A DNA stretch of 64,000 bases from assembly GCA_963659875.1 (NCBI GenBank), contig CAVKVA010000008.1, forward strand, positions 37,793-101,792. The letters run 5' to 3'. The number at the start of each line of letters is the position of its first letter. The first letter of the stretch is position 1. The notes beneath the pieces are model-generated. The model was given only the letters and a program-made list of their open reading frames with translations. It made no database searches and had not been told where the DNA came from. Both the position numbers and the translations under genes were made by a program. Positions 37,693 through 47,556 of this stretch are shown piece after piece. Source of the stretch: Parolsenella sp. GTDB taxonomy: Bacteria; Bacillota; Clostridia; Lachnospirales; Lachnospiraceae.

Positions 37693-40600
37693 ATGGCCAT
37701 TCAATACATCTTCGGCGGAGCGGGCGCCGGAAAAACCGAATATATGCTGCGGCGTATGCTGCGCGAGGCGCCGAAGGATTTTCAGAAGCAGTGGATTCTG
37801 GTGGTGCCGGAGCAGGACACGCTGGCCATGCAGCGGCGGATCCTGGCACATCCCGAGAACCGGGGACACGGCATTTTAAATATCGACGTCATGAGCTTTC
37901 AGCGCATGGCTTACCGGGTATTTGAGGAAAAAGGCATTACCCTGCCCCGGATCATCGACGACCTGGGCAAGATCATGATCCTCCGGGAGCTGCTGGGAAA
38001 GCTCAGTCCCCGCCTCAGCCTCTACAAAAGCCAGCTGAACAAGGCGGGCTTTCTGGACGAGCTGAAGTCCCAGATTTCCGAGTTTTATCAATACCGCATC
38101 TTGCCGGAGATGCTGCAGCTAGTGGCGGAACGGACGGACTCCCCCTATGTGCAGAGCAAGCTCCGGGATCTCGCCTTGATCTACGAGGCTTTTCTTTTCT
38201 ATATGGAAAGTCACGGCTTCATGGCGGAGGAGGAGTTGCTGGACCGTCTCTACGAGGCTCTGCCGGATTCCCGGATTTTTGACGGCACAGAGCTGCTCTT
38301 TGATGGTTTCACAGGCTTCACTCCGGTGCAGCTGCGGGTGCTGGAGGAGCTCATGCCGAAGGCTGCCAATCTGCAGTTTGCCCTCTGTCTCCGTGAGGAT
38401 GAGCGGGCGCAGGTCTACGAAAAGTGCGGTCCCGAGGCCCTGTTTTACCTCACCCGGCAGACCGTTCAGAAGCTTAGTGCCATGGCGGCGCAGCTGCAGG
38501 TGCCGGTACTGCCGGAGATCGATCTCAATCACTTCGATGTTCAGAGCGGTGAGGCCCGAAATCCACAGGAGCCGCTGCCCCGCTTCCGGAAGGCCCCGGC
38601 CCTGGGCTTGATCGAACAGAATCTATATCGCAGTGCCTTTCAGGATAATGTCTTCGCGTCCGCTGCGCCGGTACATGCGGTGGAGATCTGGGAGGCGCCG
38701 GATCAGAAAAGCGAGATCGAGGCCATCGCCGCAGAGATCGAGAAGGCAGTACGGGAGGAGGGCCTGCGCTATCAGGACATCGGCATCCTCCTGACGGCGC
38801 CGTCCGACTACCGGGATCTTATCTTCAAAACCTTTTCCGAGGCGGGCATTCCCTACTTCTTCGATGATGCGGGAAGTCTGCTGGACTCGCCCTTTGCCGA
38901 GGTCATGCGGGCGGCCCTGGAGGCGGTGGACCAGAGCTTCGGTTTTGACCCGGTGCTCCGCTTCCTGCGGGCATTGCCGAAGGACAGCGCCGCGGAAGAA
39001 AATGAGATCGACCTCTTTGACAATTACCTGCGGGAGAAGGGCCTGCGGGGCGTTTCCGCCTATCAGAAAAGCTGGGAGGAATATGACCGGCTGCGCCTCA
39101 AGTGGATGACCCCGCTGCTCACCATGTATGAAGCCACAAAGACAAGGAATACGCCGGTGGCAGAGCGGGTGCAGGCGCTGCGGACGCTGCTGACTGAGCT
39201 TTCTGCAGAGGACAAGGTGACGGCTATGGCCGCCCGGCTGGAGACCGCGGGGGAACAGAACCGGGCGGAAGCCCTGCGGCAGAGCATCACGGTGCTCTAT
39301 GAGGTGCTGGACCGTCTCGAGGAACTTCTGGGTACAATGCCCATTTCCCGGAGCGAGTTCCGGGAGGTACTGGATGCAGGCATACAGGAGGCCAGTGTGC
39401 GGATGATCCCCGCCACCCTTGACCAGGTGGTGGTGGGTGACATGACCCGTTCCCGCTTCCTTATGCCCCGGCGCTTCTTCCTGGCCGGTGCCAATGCCTC
39501 GCTGCTCCCCAAGGCCGATCCGGGCAAGAAACTCCTGGGAGACCGGGAACGGAAACTGTTCCGGGCGGCGGAGATTGAACTGGCGCCGGACCGAATGGAG
39601 GACGCTCTGGTGGGGCGCTTCTACATCTATCGCGCCCTGCTGAATCCGTCGGAGCGGCTGGTGCTGAGCTATCCGCTCAAAGGAAGAGCCGGAAAAGCTT
39701 TGAAGCCTGCCGGAATCCTCAATGAGCTGCGGAACATCCTGCCGGGCATTCCTGTGCGCCGTCTGGAAGAGGAGCGGCGGGAAATCTACACCGAGAAGGA
39801 GCTTCTGCGGGAGCTTTCCAGGGCAATGCCTTCGCTTCTGGATGCTTTTTCTGCCGGAGAGAAGGAAGACGCGGCGGCAGAGGAAAAACTGGATCTTCTT
39901 CGCTTGCTCTACGAGACCTCGGAAGGGCGGGAGAAGGCCCGGCAGCTGCTGTCGGCAGCATTTACCCGCTATACCGAGAGTCGACTGGAACTTTCTGCGG
40001 CGAAGGCGCTGTACGGTGAGCTGATCAGCGGTTCGGTGACCCGGCTGGAGCTCTTCAACGGCTGCGCCTTTGCGCATTTTCTGAAGTATGGGCTGGGGCT
40101 CACGGAGCGGAAGAGCCACGAGGTGCAGGCCTTCGACCTGGGCACACTCTATCATGCGGCCATCGAAAAGGCCTTTCGTCTGGCGGCGGAAGAGAAGCGA
40201 CAGCTTTGGGAATACGATGAGAAGGAACTGCAGGCGCTTTGCGAACGGGCTGTGACTTTGGCCACAGAGGAATGCGGGGAAAAACTTCTGGGTGACAGTG
40301 CCCGGAACCGCTACCTCATCCGGAAGCTTAAGGATATCACGGAGACCACGCTGCAGACACTGGCGGAGCAGTTGCGCCGGGGCGATTTCCGCACCCGGGA
40401 GCTGGAGAAGAGCTTTGACTTTGTGCGGTCGGGAATCCGGCTGAAGGGACGCATTGACCGGGTGGATCTCTGCGAAGCGGAGGATCGGGTCTATGTCCGG
40501 GTCATCGACTATAAGTCCGGAAAGACGGCCTTTGATCTGAATAAGGTATATGAAGGACTGCAGCTGCAGCTCGCGACCTATCTCAATGTGATGCTGACGA

Positions 40601-41190
40601 ATCTCCGGAACCGCTACCCGGACAAGGAGATCGTGCCGTCGGGCATGCTGTATTACCACATCGATGACCCCGTTTTGCCCTATGTACCGGGCGAGGATGC
40701 GGCGGATCTGTCGCGGGATCGCCTGCGGGCACTCAAGATGGATGGCCTCATCAACACAGACAAGGAAAGCGTGCAGCACATGGACCGGGAGGCAGTGAAG
40801 GAGTCGGACATCCTGCCGCTTAGCTTGAAGGACGGCGAAGCGGATCCGCGGAAGAAATCCGCGGCCTCCGGGGCTATGTTCCGGGCGCTGGAGCGTTACG
40901 TGGATGCGCGGCTGCAAAAGGACAGTGCGCGGATTCGCGCCGGGGAAATCGGTATTCATCCCATGCAGGAGAACCGGCAGCGCAGCAGCTGCAGCTACTG
41001 TCCCTACCATGCGGTCTGTTGCTTTGATCCCCGGATCGCGGGCTTCCGCTACCGGAATCTCAGCAAGCTGTCAATGGAAGAAATCTGGGGTGAATGGACA
41101 AGTGAGAACACAGCGGAAAGCGGAGACGGCACCGGACAGGATGCTGCCGCCGGCAGCGGAAGAGAAGAAGCAGAAAAACATCAGAAATAA
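37693..41190 (+). CDS. addB: helicase-exonuclease AddAB, subunit AddB
   Basis: The N-terminal Walker A is FGGAGAGKT. The C-terminus has a RecB-type nuclease region and the Fe-S cysteines CSYCPYHAVCCF. The gene is directly followed by addA. Confidence 0.9.
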   Translation: MAIQYIFGGAGAGKTEYMLRRMLREAPKDFQKQWILVVPEQDTLAMQRRILAHPENRGHGILNIDVMSFQRMAYRVFEEKGITLPRIIDDLGKIMILRELLGKLSPRLSLYKSQLNKAGFLDELKSQISEFYQYRILPEMLQLVAERTDSPYVQSKLRDLALIYEAFLFYMESHGFMAEEELLDRLYEALPDSRIFDGTELLFDGFTGFTPVQLRVLEELMPKAANLQFALCLREDERAQVYEKCGPEALFYLTRQTVQKLSAMAAQLQVPVLPEIDLNHFDVQSGEARNPQEPLPRFRKAPALGLIEQNLYRSAFQDNVFASAAPVHAVEIWEAPDQKSEIEAIAAEIEKAVREEGLRYQDIGILLTAPSDYRDLIFKTFSEAGIPYFFDDAGSLLDSPFAEVMRAALEAVDQSFGFDPVLRFLRALPKDSAAEENEIDLFDNYLREKGLRGVSAYQKSWEEYDRLRLKWMTPLLTMYEATKTRNTPVAERVQALRTLLTELSAEDKVTAMAARLETAGEQNRAEALRQSITVLYEVLDRLEELLGTMPISRSEFREVLDAGIQEASVRMIPATLDQVVVGDMTRSRFLMPRRFFLAGANASLLPKADPGKKLLGDRERKLFRAAEIELAPDRMEDALVGRFYIYRALLNPSERLVLSYPLKGRAGKALKPAGILNELRNILPGIPVRRLEEERREIYTEKELLRELSRAMPSLLDAFSAGEKEDAAAEEKLDLLRLLYETSEGREKARQLLSAAFTRYTESRLELSAAKALYGELISGSVTRLELFNGCAFAHFLKYGLGLTERKSHEVQAFDLGTLYHAAIEKAFRLAAEEKRQLWEYDEKELQALCERAVTLATEECGEKLLGDSARNRYLIRKLKDITETTLQTLAEQLRRGDFRTRELEKSFDFVRSGIRLKGRIDRVDLCEAEDRVYVRVIDYKSGKTAFDLNKVYEGLQLQLATYLNVMLTNLRNRYPDKEIVPSGMLYYHIDDPVLPYVPGEDAADLSRDRLRALKMDGLINTDKESVQHMDREAVKESDILPLSLKDGEADPRKKSAASGAMFRALERYVDARLQKDSARIRAGEIGIHPMQENRQRSSCSYCPYHAVCCFDPRIAGFRYRNLSKLSMEEIWGEWTSENTAESGDGTGQDAAAGSGREEAEKHQK

Positions 41191-41245
41191 AACAGCATTG
41201 CCGCATCATGGGTGATGCAAAACAAGAAGGAAACGGGAGGAATTT

Positions 41246-44200
41246 ATGGGCGTGCAGTGGACAGAGGAACAGCAGGAGGTGATCCGGCATCGGGAGGGAA
41301 ATCTTCTGGTGGCGGCTGCCGCCGGTTCCGGCAAAACCGCCGTGCTGGTGGAGCATATTCTGGAGCGGCTGACGGATCCGGCGGACCCGGTGTCTCTGTC
41401 AGAGCTGGTGGTCATGACCTTTACAGATGCAGCGGCCCAGGAAATGCGGGAACGTCTGCGGAAGGGACTGCTGGAGCGTCTCCGGCAGGAGCCGGGCAAT
41501 GAACGGCTGATCCGGGAGGCCGGCAGTATACAGAATGCAGACATCAGCACCATTGATGCCTTCTGTAAGCGTCTGATTACGGAAAATTATGCGGTTATCG
41601 GTCTGGACCCGGCCTTCCGTCTGGGCGAGGAAGGAGAGCTCAAGCTGCTGAAGGGCGACGTAATCCGGGATCTTCTGGAAGCACGCTATGAAATGCAGGA
41701 TGAGGCCTTTCTGCGTTTTGCCGACAGCTACACCCGGGGGAAGGACGACAGTGGGCTGGAGGAACTGATCCTCCGGGTCTTCGACTATGCCTCGGCCAAT
41801 CCCTGGCCGGAGGAATATCTCGCGGATGCGGAAAATGGCAATGCCTCGGCGGAAGAATATCTCCTCGAAGACATCCGCCTGCGGCTCCGGGATTTTTGTG
41901 CGGCCTATCGCTATGCCTTGGAGATCTGTCAGGAAGAGGATGGCCCCGAAAGCTATCTGCCGACCCTGGAGGAGGAGCTACGGCACATGTCTGCCCTGGC
42001 CAAAGCAGAGAACCTGCCGACATTGGCTGAAGGATTGCAGGCAATCACCTTCGGTCGCCTGAAAAGCAGCAAGTCGGAGAAAAAGGGACTGGTCACCAAT
42101 GTGCGAAACGGTGTGAAGAAGGAACTCCAGGCTTTGCAGAAGCTGCTGGTGCTGCCGCCCGCCGCACTGCAGGAGAAGATACAGCAGGGCATGGCGGAAA
42201 ATGTCCATGTTCTGGTGGAACTGACCCGGGACTTTATGGTCCGCTTCCGGGAGGAAAAAACGCGGCGGCGTATGTTGGATTTCTCGGATCTCGAGCACTT
42301 CGCGCTGCAAATACTGTATACAGGAGAGGGGGAGGAACGACGTCCCTCGGCCATCGCCGATGACTATGCGAAGCGGCTCCGGGAAATCCTGGTGGACGAG
42401 TACCAGGACTCCAACTATGTGCAGGAGGCGTTGGTAGAGGCGCTTTCTGCGGAACGCTTCGGCCGCCCGGATGTCTTCCAGGTGGGCGACGTGAAGCAGA
42501 GCATCTACAGCTTCCGTCTGGCCCGTCCTGAGCTCTTCCTCTCGAAATACAAGGATCCGCAGTATCCGACGATCACCCTTTCCCAGAACTTCCGCAGCTG
42601 TCCCGAGGTGCTGGATGCCGCCAATGCGGTCTTTTTCCGGGTGATGCAGGAAGAGGTTGGCGGTATTCTGTATACAGAAGAGAGCAGCCTTCATCCGGGC
42701 CGCATCCTTAGCGAGGAGGAGAAGGCATTGTCCTGTCCGGCGGAGCTGCATCTCGTTTCCGTGCAGGACAGTGAAATGGAAGAGGCCATGGACAAGACCG
42801 AGGCGGAGACCCGTGTCATCGCCTCCCGCATCAAAAAGCTCCGGACAGAAGGCATTCCCTACCGGGACATGGTGATCCTTTTGCGTTCTCCGGGCAGCAT
42901 CGGCGACGAGATGGTGACGGTGCTGGGCAATGAAGGCATCCCCGCCTACTGCGTTTCCCGAGAGGGCTATTTCACCGCGGTGGAGGTGGAGATCGTGCTC
43001 TCCGTCCTCAGCATCATCAACAATCCCCGGCAGAGCATTCCGCTGGCGGCGGTACTGCGCTCCCCGATCTACGGCTTCACGGACGAGGAGCTGGCGGAGC
43101 TTGCCGCAAAGCAGGGGGGCCTCGAGCGGCGCTTCCCGGGAGAAGAGGAACTGTGGCAGCAGCCGGAGGATAATGTTGGCGATCCGGAGGCCGCGGTCGT
43201 GGCCGATGCTGACGGCGCTTCGAAAGAAGTGACAGATGTGCAGGCAGAAGGAGCAGCCGGAAGGGAAGCGGGGGCAGACAGCGAAATGGAAGCCCTGTCC
43301 CCGGCGCTGGCGGAGAAGCTGGAGAAATTTTATGAACAGCTGGCCCATTTCCGGGAATTGTCCCAGTATCTCAGCATCCATGAGCTCCTCTACCGGATCT
43401 ACGATGAAACGGGCTACTACAACTATGTCTCTGCGCAGCCCGCCGGAGAGCGGCGCCGGGCCAATCTGGATCAGCTGATCGATTCGGCCCTGGCCTTTGA
43501 GAATACCTCCTACCGGGGGCTCTTCGACTTTATCCGCTATATCGAAAAGCTGAAGAAGTACAGCAGCGACCAAGGCGAGGCCTCTGTACTGTCAGAGCAG
43601 AACGACCTGGTGCGCATCATGTCCATCCATAAGTCCAAGGGTCTCCAGTTTCCGGTGGTCTTTCTGGCCGGTCTGGGCCGCCGCATCAACAAGATGGATC
43701 TCAGCGGCAACGTTCTGATCGACCCCGTCCTGGGCATTGGGACCGACTACATTGACCCGGAAAAACGTGTGCGCTATCCCTCCATGCAGAAGCTTGGTAT
43801 CCGGGAGAAGCTGGCCCGGGACCAGCTGGGCGAGGAATTGCGGGTATTGTATGTGGCCATGACCCGGGCGGAAAACCGGCTGATCCTCAGCGGTACCTGC
43901 ACGGATCCGGAGAAGGCCATCGAGAGTGTCGGGGAATCTGCCCGGCCCCTTTCTGGCAGCAATATCCGGAGCGCGTCCTGCCTTCTGGACTGGGTCATCA
44001 TGGCCCTGGGAGAGCGGCTGTGGCAGAGCCATTCGCCGCTTCGCCTGTATACAGAAAGTCCGACGGGGCTGCGGGAGGAAAAGACCGAGGAGCTGAAGGA
44101 AATCGCCGCGCTGGCGGAGGATTTCCAGAATGCCCTGTTCCAAAGAAAGACAGATACGGCACTGCAGCAGGAAATGCAGCGGCGCTTTACGTACCGCTAT

Positions 44201-44926
44201 CCCCACGAGGCGGCTACGACGCTCTTCCCGAAGCACACGGTATCGGAGATCAAGGCCCGGGCGGCAGAGCAGGAGGGAGCGGATGCGCCGGGAATTGTCC
44301 TGCTGCCGGATCACAGTGGCAGCAGCGAGGCCTATGTCTTTCCGGAGCAGGAAATCCCGGATGGGGCAATTTTAGATGGGAAAATGTCTTCGGTGCCGGA
44401 AGAAGATGCGCCGTCCGGCGCGCGGAACGCGGTCGTTGGCAGAGAAAAAACCGGCAGTGCCCGCGGTACGGCCTATCACAAGGTTCTCGCGCAATATGAT
44501 TTTGCGAAGGGCGAGGAACAACTGGAAGCCCTGCCGGAGGAAGTGCAGGCACTGGTGAATCTCCAGGATATCCGTCACTTCCTGCAGTCGCCGCTCGGAC
44601 AGCGCCTGCGGCAGGCCGCAGCGGAGAAACGCCTCTTCCGGGAGCAGCGCTTCATGAAGCAGGTAAGTTACAACTACCTTTTCCGGGACTCTGACGTTAC
44701 GGAACCGGTGCTGCTTCAGGGCGTGGCGGATGCCTTCATCCTCGAGGAGGAAGGCATTTTGCTGCTGGACTACAAGACAGACCGGGTGCGGACCGCAGAA
44801 ACCCTGCGCCGACGCTACAGTCTGCAGCTGCAGCTCTATGCCGATGCCCTGTCCGACATCACCGGCCGCCCGGTCAAGGAGAAGCTGCTGTATTCCTTTG
44901 CATTGCAGCAAACGGTTTCGTGCTGA
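41246..44926 (+). CDS. addA: helicase-exonuclease AddAB, subunit AddA
   Basis: UvrD/Rep helicase motifs VAAAAGSGKT, VDEYQDSN and QNFRS are present. The C-terminal nuclease region is GVADAFILEEEGILLLDYKTD. Confidence 0.9.
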   Translation: MGVQWTEEQQEVIRHREGNLLVAAAAGSGKTAVLVEHILERLTDPADPVSLSELVVMTFTDAAAQEMRERLRKGLLERLRQEPGNERLIREAGSIQNADISTIDAFCKRLITENYAVIGLDPAFRLGEEGELKLLKGDVIRDLLEARYEMQDEAFLRFADSYTRGKDDSGLEELILRVFDYASANPWPEEYLADAENGNASAEEYLLEDIRLRLRDFCAAYRYALEICQEEDGPESYLPTLEEELRHMSALAKAENLPTLAEGLQAITFGRLKSSKSEKKGLVTNVRNGVKKELQALQKLLVLPPAALQEKIQQGMAENVHVLVELTRDFMVRFREEKTRRRMLDFSDLEHFALQILYTGEGEERRPSAIADDYAKRLREILVDEYQDSNYVQEALVEALSAERFGRPDVFQVGDVKQSIYSFRLARPELFLSKYKDPQYPTITLSQNFRSCPEVLDAANAVFFRVMQEEVGGILYTEESSLHPGRILSEEEKALSCPAELHLVSVQDSEMEEAMDKTEAETRVIASRIKKLRTEGIPYRDMVILLRSPGSIGDEMVTVLGNEGIPAYCVSREGYFTAVEVEIVLSVLSIINNPRQSIPLAAVLRSPIYGFTDEELAELAAKQGGLERRFPGEEELWQQPEDNVGDPEAAVVADADGASKEVTDVQAEGAAGREAGADSEMEALSPALAEKLEKFYEQLAHFRELSQYLSIHELLYRIYDETGYYNYVSAQPAGERRRANLDQLIDSALAFENTSYRGLFDFIRYIEKLKKYSSDQGEASVLSEQNDLVRIMSIHKSKGLQFPVVFLAGLGRRINKMDLSGNVLIDPVLGIGTDYIDPEKRVRYPSMQKLGIREKLARDQLGEELRVLYVAMTRAENRLILSGTCTDPEKAIESVGESARPLSGSNIRSASCLLDWVIMALGERLWQSHSPLRLYTESPTGLREEKTEELKEIAALAEDFQNALFQRKTDTALQQEMQRRFTYRYPHEAATTLFPKHTVSEIKARAAEQEGADAPGIVLLPDHSGSSEAYVFPEQEIPDGAILDGKMSSVPEEDAPSGARNAVVGREKTGSARGTAYHKVLAQYDFAKGEEQLEALPEEVQALVNLQDIRHFLQSPLGQRLRQAAAEKRLFREQRFMKQVSYNYLFRDSDVTEPVLLQGVADAFILEEEGILLLDYKTDRVRTAETLRRRYSLQLQLYADALSDITGRPVKEKLLYSFALQQTVSC

Positions 44927-45020
44927 GGGGATAATTCGGCAAAATTCAGCCGGGCAGCATGAAGTAGGCAGGAATATTTGCAAAACATGATTTAATATTT
45001 TGATGCGCAAGATGTGAATA

Positions 45021-45049
45021 TTGAAAACGAAACATCTGTGTGCTATTAT
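45021..45049 (+). promoter_or_regulatory. sigma-A-type promoter upstream of the methyltransferase gene
   Basis: TTGAAA, then 17 nt, then TATTAT, about 85 nt upstream of ATG 45133. Confidence 0.4.
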
Positions 45050-45132
45050 GAAGAGGTTTTGCAAAAATATGTCGTGCTCTTAAATATGATAGTGGCGATA
45101 TTGTTGGAATTATTGAATAAGGTTGGTAGAAG

Positions 45133-46080
45133 ATGCTTACAAGTATTGAGATATGCGCTGGAGCAGGCGGGCAGGCACTGGGGTTGGAAAAGGCCGGTTT
45201 TTCACATATTGCTTTGGTAGAGTATGAGAAACCATATTGTGACGCTTTGAAAAAAAATCGTCCAGACTGGAATGTATTGTGCATGGATGTACATGATTTT
45301 TCTGGAATTCCATATAAAGGGAAGATAGATTTATTTGCAGGCGGAGTTCCGTGTCCGCCATTTTCAGTTGCTGGAAAACAACTTGGAAATGAAGATGAAC
45401 GTGATTTATTTCCGGAGGCTATCAGGCTCATTGGGGAAATTCAGCCAAGGGCTATTATGCTAGAAAATGTTCGAGGATTTTTGGATTCCGTATTTAGAGA
45501 ATATCGAGAATCAATTATTGAGAAAATCAGAGCATTAGGGTATGAGGTTAATATAAAGCTACTAAATGCAAATGATTATGGTGTTCCACAGCTTAGGCCA
45601 AGGGTTGTTATTGTTGGAATAAGAAAGGATATTAAGGAGAAATTCAGTTATCCTGTTGAACACCCGGAGACTACGAAAAGTGTCGGAGAAACCCTATATG
45701 ATTTGATGCGATCCAACGGATGGAATGGCGCAGAAGATTGGGCGAAAAATGCAAATACGATAGCTCCGACAATTGTTGGAGGTTCAAAAAAACATGGTGG
45801 CCCAGATCTCGGGCCTGCAAGAGCCAGAAAGGCATGGGCTGCTTTAGGAGTAGATGGTGCAGGGGTTGCAAACGAAGCTCCAACAAATGAGTTTGAGGGT
45901 ATGCCAAAATTAACTCCTCGCATGATTGCAAGAATACAAGGATTTCCGGATGAGTGGAACTTTGGAGAAAAGAAAACGGCTGCATGCAGGATGATTGGTA
46001 ATGCTTTTCCGCCACCAGTGGCTTGCGCAGTGGGGAGAGAAATCAGGAGGGTTTTAGAAAATGAAAGCGTTAATTGCTGA
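45133..46080 (+). CDS. DNA (cytosine-5)-methyltransferase, M.NgoMIV-like (probable GCCGGC specificity)
   Basis: Motif I is EICAGAGGQALG, motif IV is GGVPCPPFS, motif VI is LENVRG, and motif X is IGNAFPPPV. Overall it closely resembles my memory of M.NgoMIV. Confidence 0.9.
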   Translation: MLTSIEICAGAGGQALGLEKAGFSHIALVEYEKPYCDALKKNRPDWNVLCMDVHDFSGIPYKGKIDLFAGGVPCPPFSVAGKQLGNEDERDLFPEAIRLIGEIQPRAIMLENVRGFLDSVFREYRESIIEKIRALGYEVNIKLLNANDYGVPQLRPRVVIVGIRKDIKEKFSYPVEHPETTKSVGETLYDLMRSNGWNGAEDWAKNANTIAPTIVGGSKKHGGPDLGPARARKAWAALGVDGAGVANEAPTNEFEGMPKLTPRMIARIQGFPDEWNFGEKKTAACRMIGNAFPPPVACAVGREIRRVLENESVNC

Positions 46081-46104
46081 AGAAAGAAAAAATATCACCA
46101 AGCA

Positions 46105-46917
46105 TTGTTGGATAGTGGCGTTCTCACAATCGATAAAAATGGTGTTCCAAGCAATGCTGACACATCGTCAAAACTTTCCAAGGCAATAGCTAAAGGAATC
46201 GCAGATCGTCTGATGGCAGAGACACATGAAAAGGTTGTAGGACAAACATCTGGAGCAAAATTTGAGCAAATTAATATGGAGTTTTTATCGGCTACATTTC
46301 CGAAACTACAGAATATACGGCCGGGGAAATGGCATATTGTTAAGCTTGGAAACAGAAATGCAATTAAGACAAGCAGTTTTGTGCAATATGAACACCTGGA
46401 ATACTTATCCAGATTGTTACAGTACGACACAAAATTGGCAGCAAGTATGGGCAATGACTATATGGTTGCGCCTGACGTAGTCATATACAGAGAGCCTGTT
46501 TGTGATGATGAATTAAATACACCGATAAAAGTTGTAGATGACACTGTTTCGCTCAAAACAGATATACGAAAAAAGAATGGTGAACTTCCGATTCTTCATG
46601 CTTCCATATCAGCAAAATGGACGATGAGAAGTGACCGGGCACAAAATAGTCGAACAGAGGCCCTTAATTTGATAAGAAATAGAAAAGGACATCTTCCTCA
46701 TATCGTTGTTGTTACTGGAGAGCCATTACCAAGCCGTCTTGCTTCGCTTGCTTTAGGAACAGGCGATATAGATTGTATGTATCACTTTGCCCTATATGAG
46801 CTATTGGACTCTGTTATTGAAACGGGAGCGGAAGATTCAATTGAAATGCTCAAATCATTAATAGACGGGAAACGTTTGAAAGATATAAGTGATTTACCGT
46901 TAGATCTTTCGGTCTAA
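46105..46917 (+). CDS. NgoMIV-family type II restriction endonuclease (N-terminus apparently frameshifted)
   Basis: LHASISAKWTMRSDRAQNSRTEALNLIRNRKGHLPHIVVVTGEP and the C-terminal GKRLKDISDLPLDLSV recall NgoMIV. The long ORF has only a TTG start at 46105. A likely original ATG at 46061 is in another frame. Confidence 0.8.
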   Translation: MLDSGVLTIDKNGVPSNADTSSKLSKAIAKGIADRLMAETHEKVVGQTSGAKFEQINMEFLSATFPKLQNIRPGKWHIVKLGNRNAIKTSSFVQYEHLEYLSRLLQYDTKLAASMGNDYMVAPDVVIYREPVCDDELNTPIKVVDDTVSLKTDIRKKNGELPILHASISAKWTMRSDRAQNSRTEALNLIRNRKGHLPHIVVVTGEPLPSRLASLALGTGDIDCMYHFALYELLDSVIETGAEDSIEMLKSLIDGKRLKDISDLPLDLSV

Positions 46918-47039
46918 AAGTAATTGCGGAGAAAAAAGCAATTGCTGAAGGGGTGTTGAACAATTGTTAAGGTAGATAGAAGATAAGGGTCTGGACTATC
47001 TGAAGAAATCAAATAACGAGACATGCCAGGGCTTAAGAA

Positions 47040-47290
47040 ATCCATTTGAGGAAGCTGGAGACAGCTGCTTGCGGACGAACCTTAGTGCGCTCCACAGGGA
47101 CTACAAGTCCCGGCGGTGCAGAACGGAGCACTTTTCATCAAGAAAAGTGCGATCGTATCAAGCCGCTGATGAGCGCACTTGGTGAAGTCGGCAACGCGGC
47201 GCAGATGTGCCGCGGCAGATGTCCAGCTGACGACTGGATTTCGAGAGCCCATTGGCTGTTGCGTGCTTTTGCTGAGAATTAGAAGGCCTG
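47040..47290 (+). ncRNA. GC-rich, highly structured non-coding segment (candidate ncRNA or ssDNA origin/oriT-type element)
   Basis: Perfect complementary pairs:
- 47084-47092 AGTGCGCTC with 47171-47179 GAGCGCACT
- 47128-47135 GCACTTTT with 47143-47150 AAAAGTGC
- 47195-47200 CGCGGC with 47209-47214 GCCGCG
- GGGAC/GTCCC, TCCAG/CTGGA and AGCTG/CAGCT hairpins
No convincing protein is seen in any frame. Confidence 0.3.
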
Positions 47291-47342
47291 AAAAACCTGT
47301 TGCAGTATTATCAAGTAACGGAGAATGTGAGGTTATGCAGCT

Positions 47343-47393
47343 ATGACAAAAATACTATTCGTCTGCCACGGCAGCATACCGGCAACTCTCTGA
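47343..47393 (+). pseudogene. 16-codon stub resembling the start of a low-molecular-weight phosphatase/ArsC-type gene
   Basis: MTKILFVCHG matches the family's N-terminal strand and P-loop start, but then diverges (SIPATL*) and stops. Confidence 0.25.
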
Positions 47394-47556
47394 AAAGCCT
47401 TATTTTATGGGATTCTTGGACGTGGAAATCGTGCTTTTACACAGCTTTTACACGGTTTGAAGTGGTGACATTTTTGACTAAAAACTATGATAGAATTTTA
47501 GAGCCTTGCATAAGGGATTATGTTGTGTAGAAAATAAAAATGTATGAAAATGAATT

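Noticed and set aside
47046-47282. 78-aa ORF in the GC-rich patch, read as a protein-coding gene.
   Set aside because: There is no RBS and no recognisable motif. The sequence is saturated with perfect hairpins. It is treated as non-coding structure instead.
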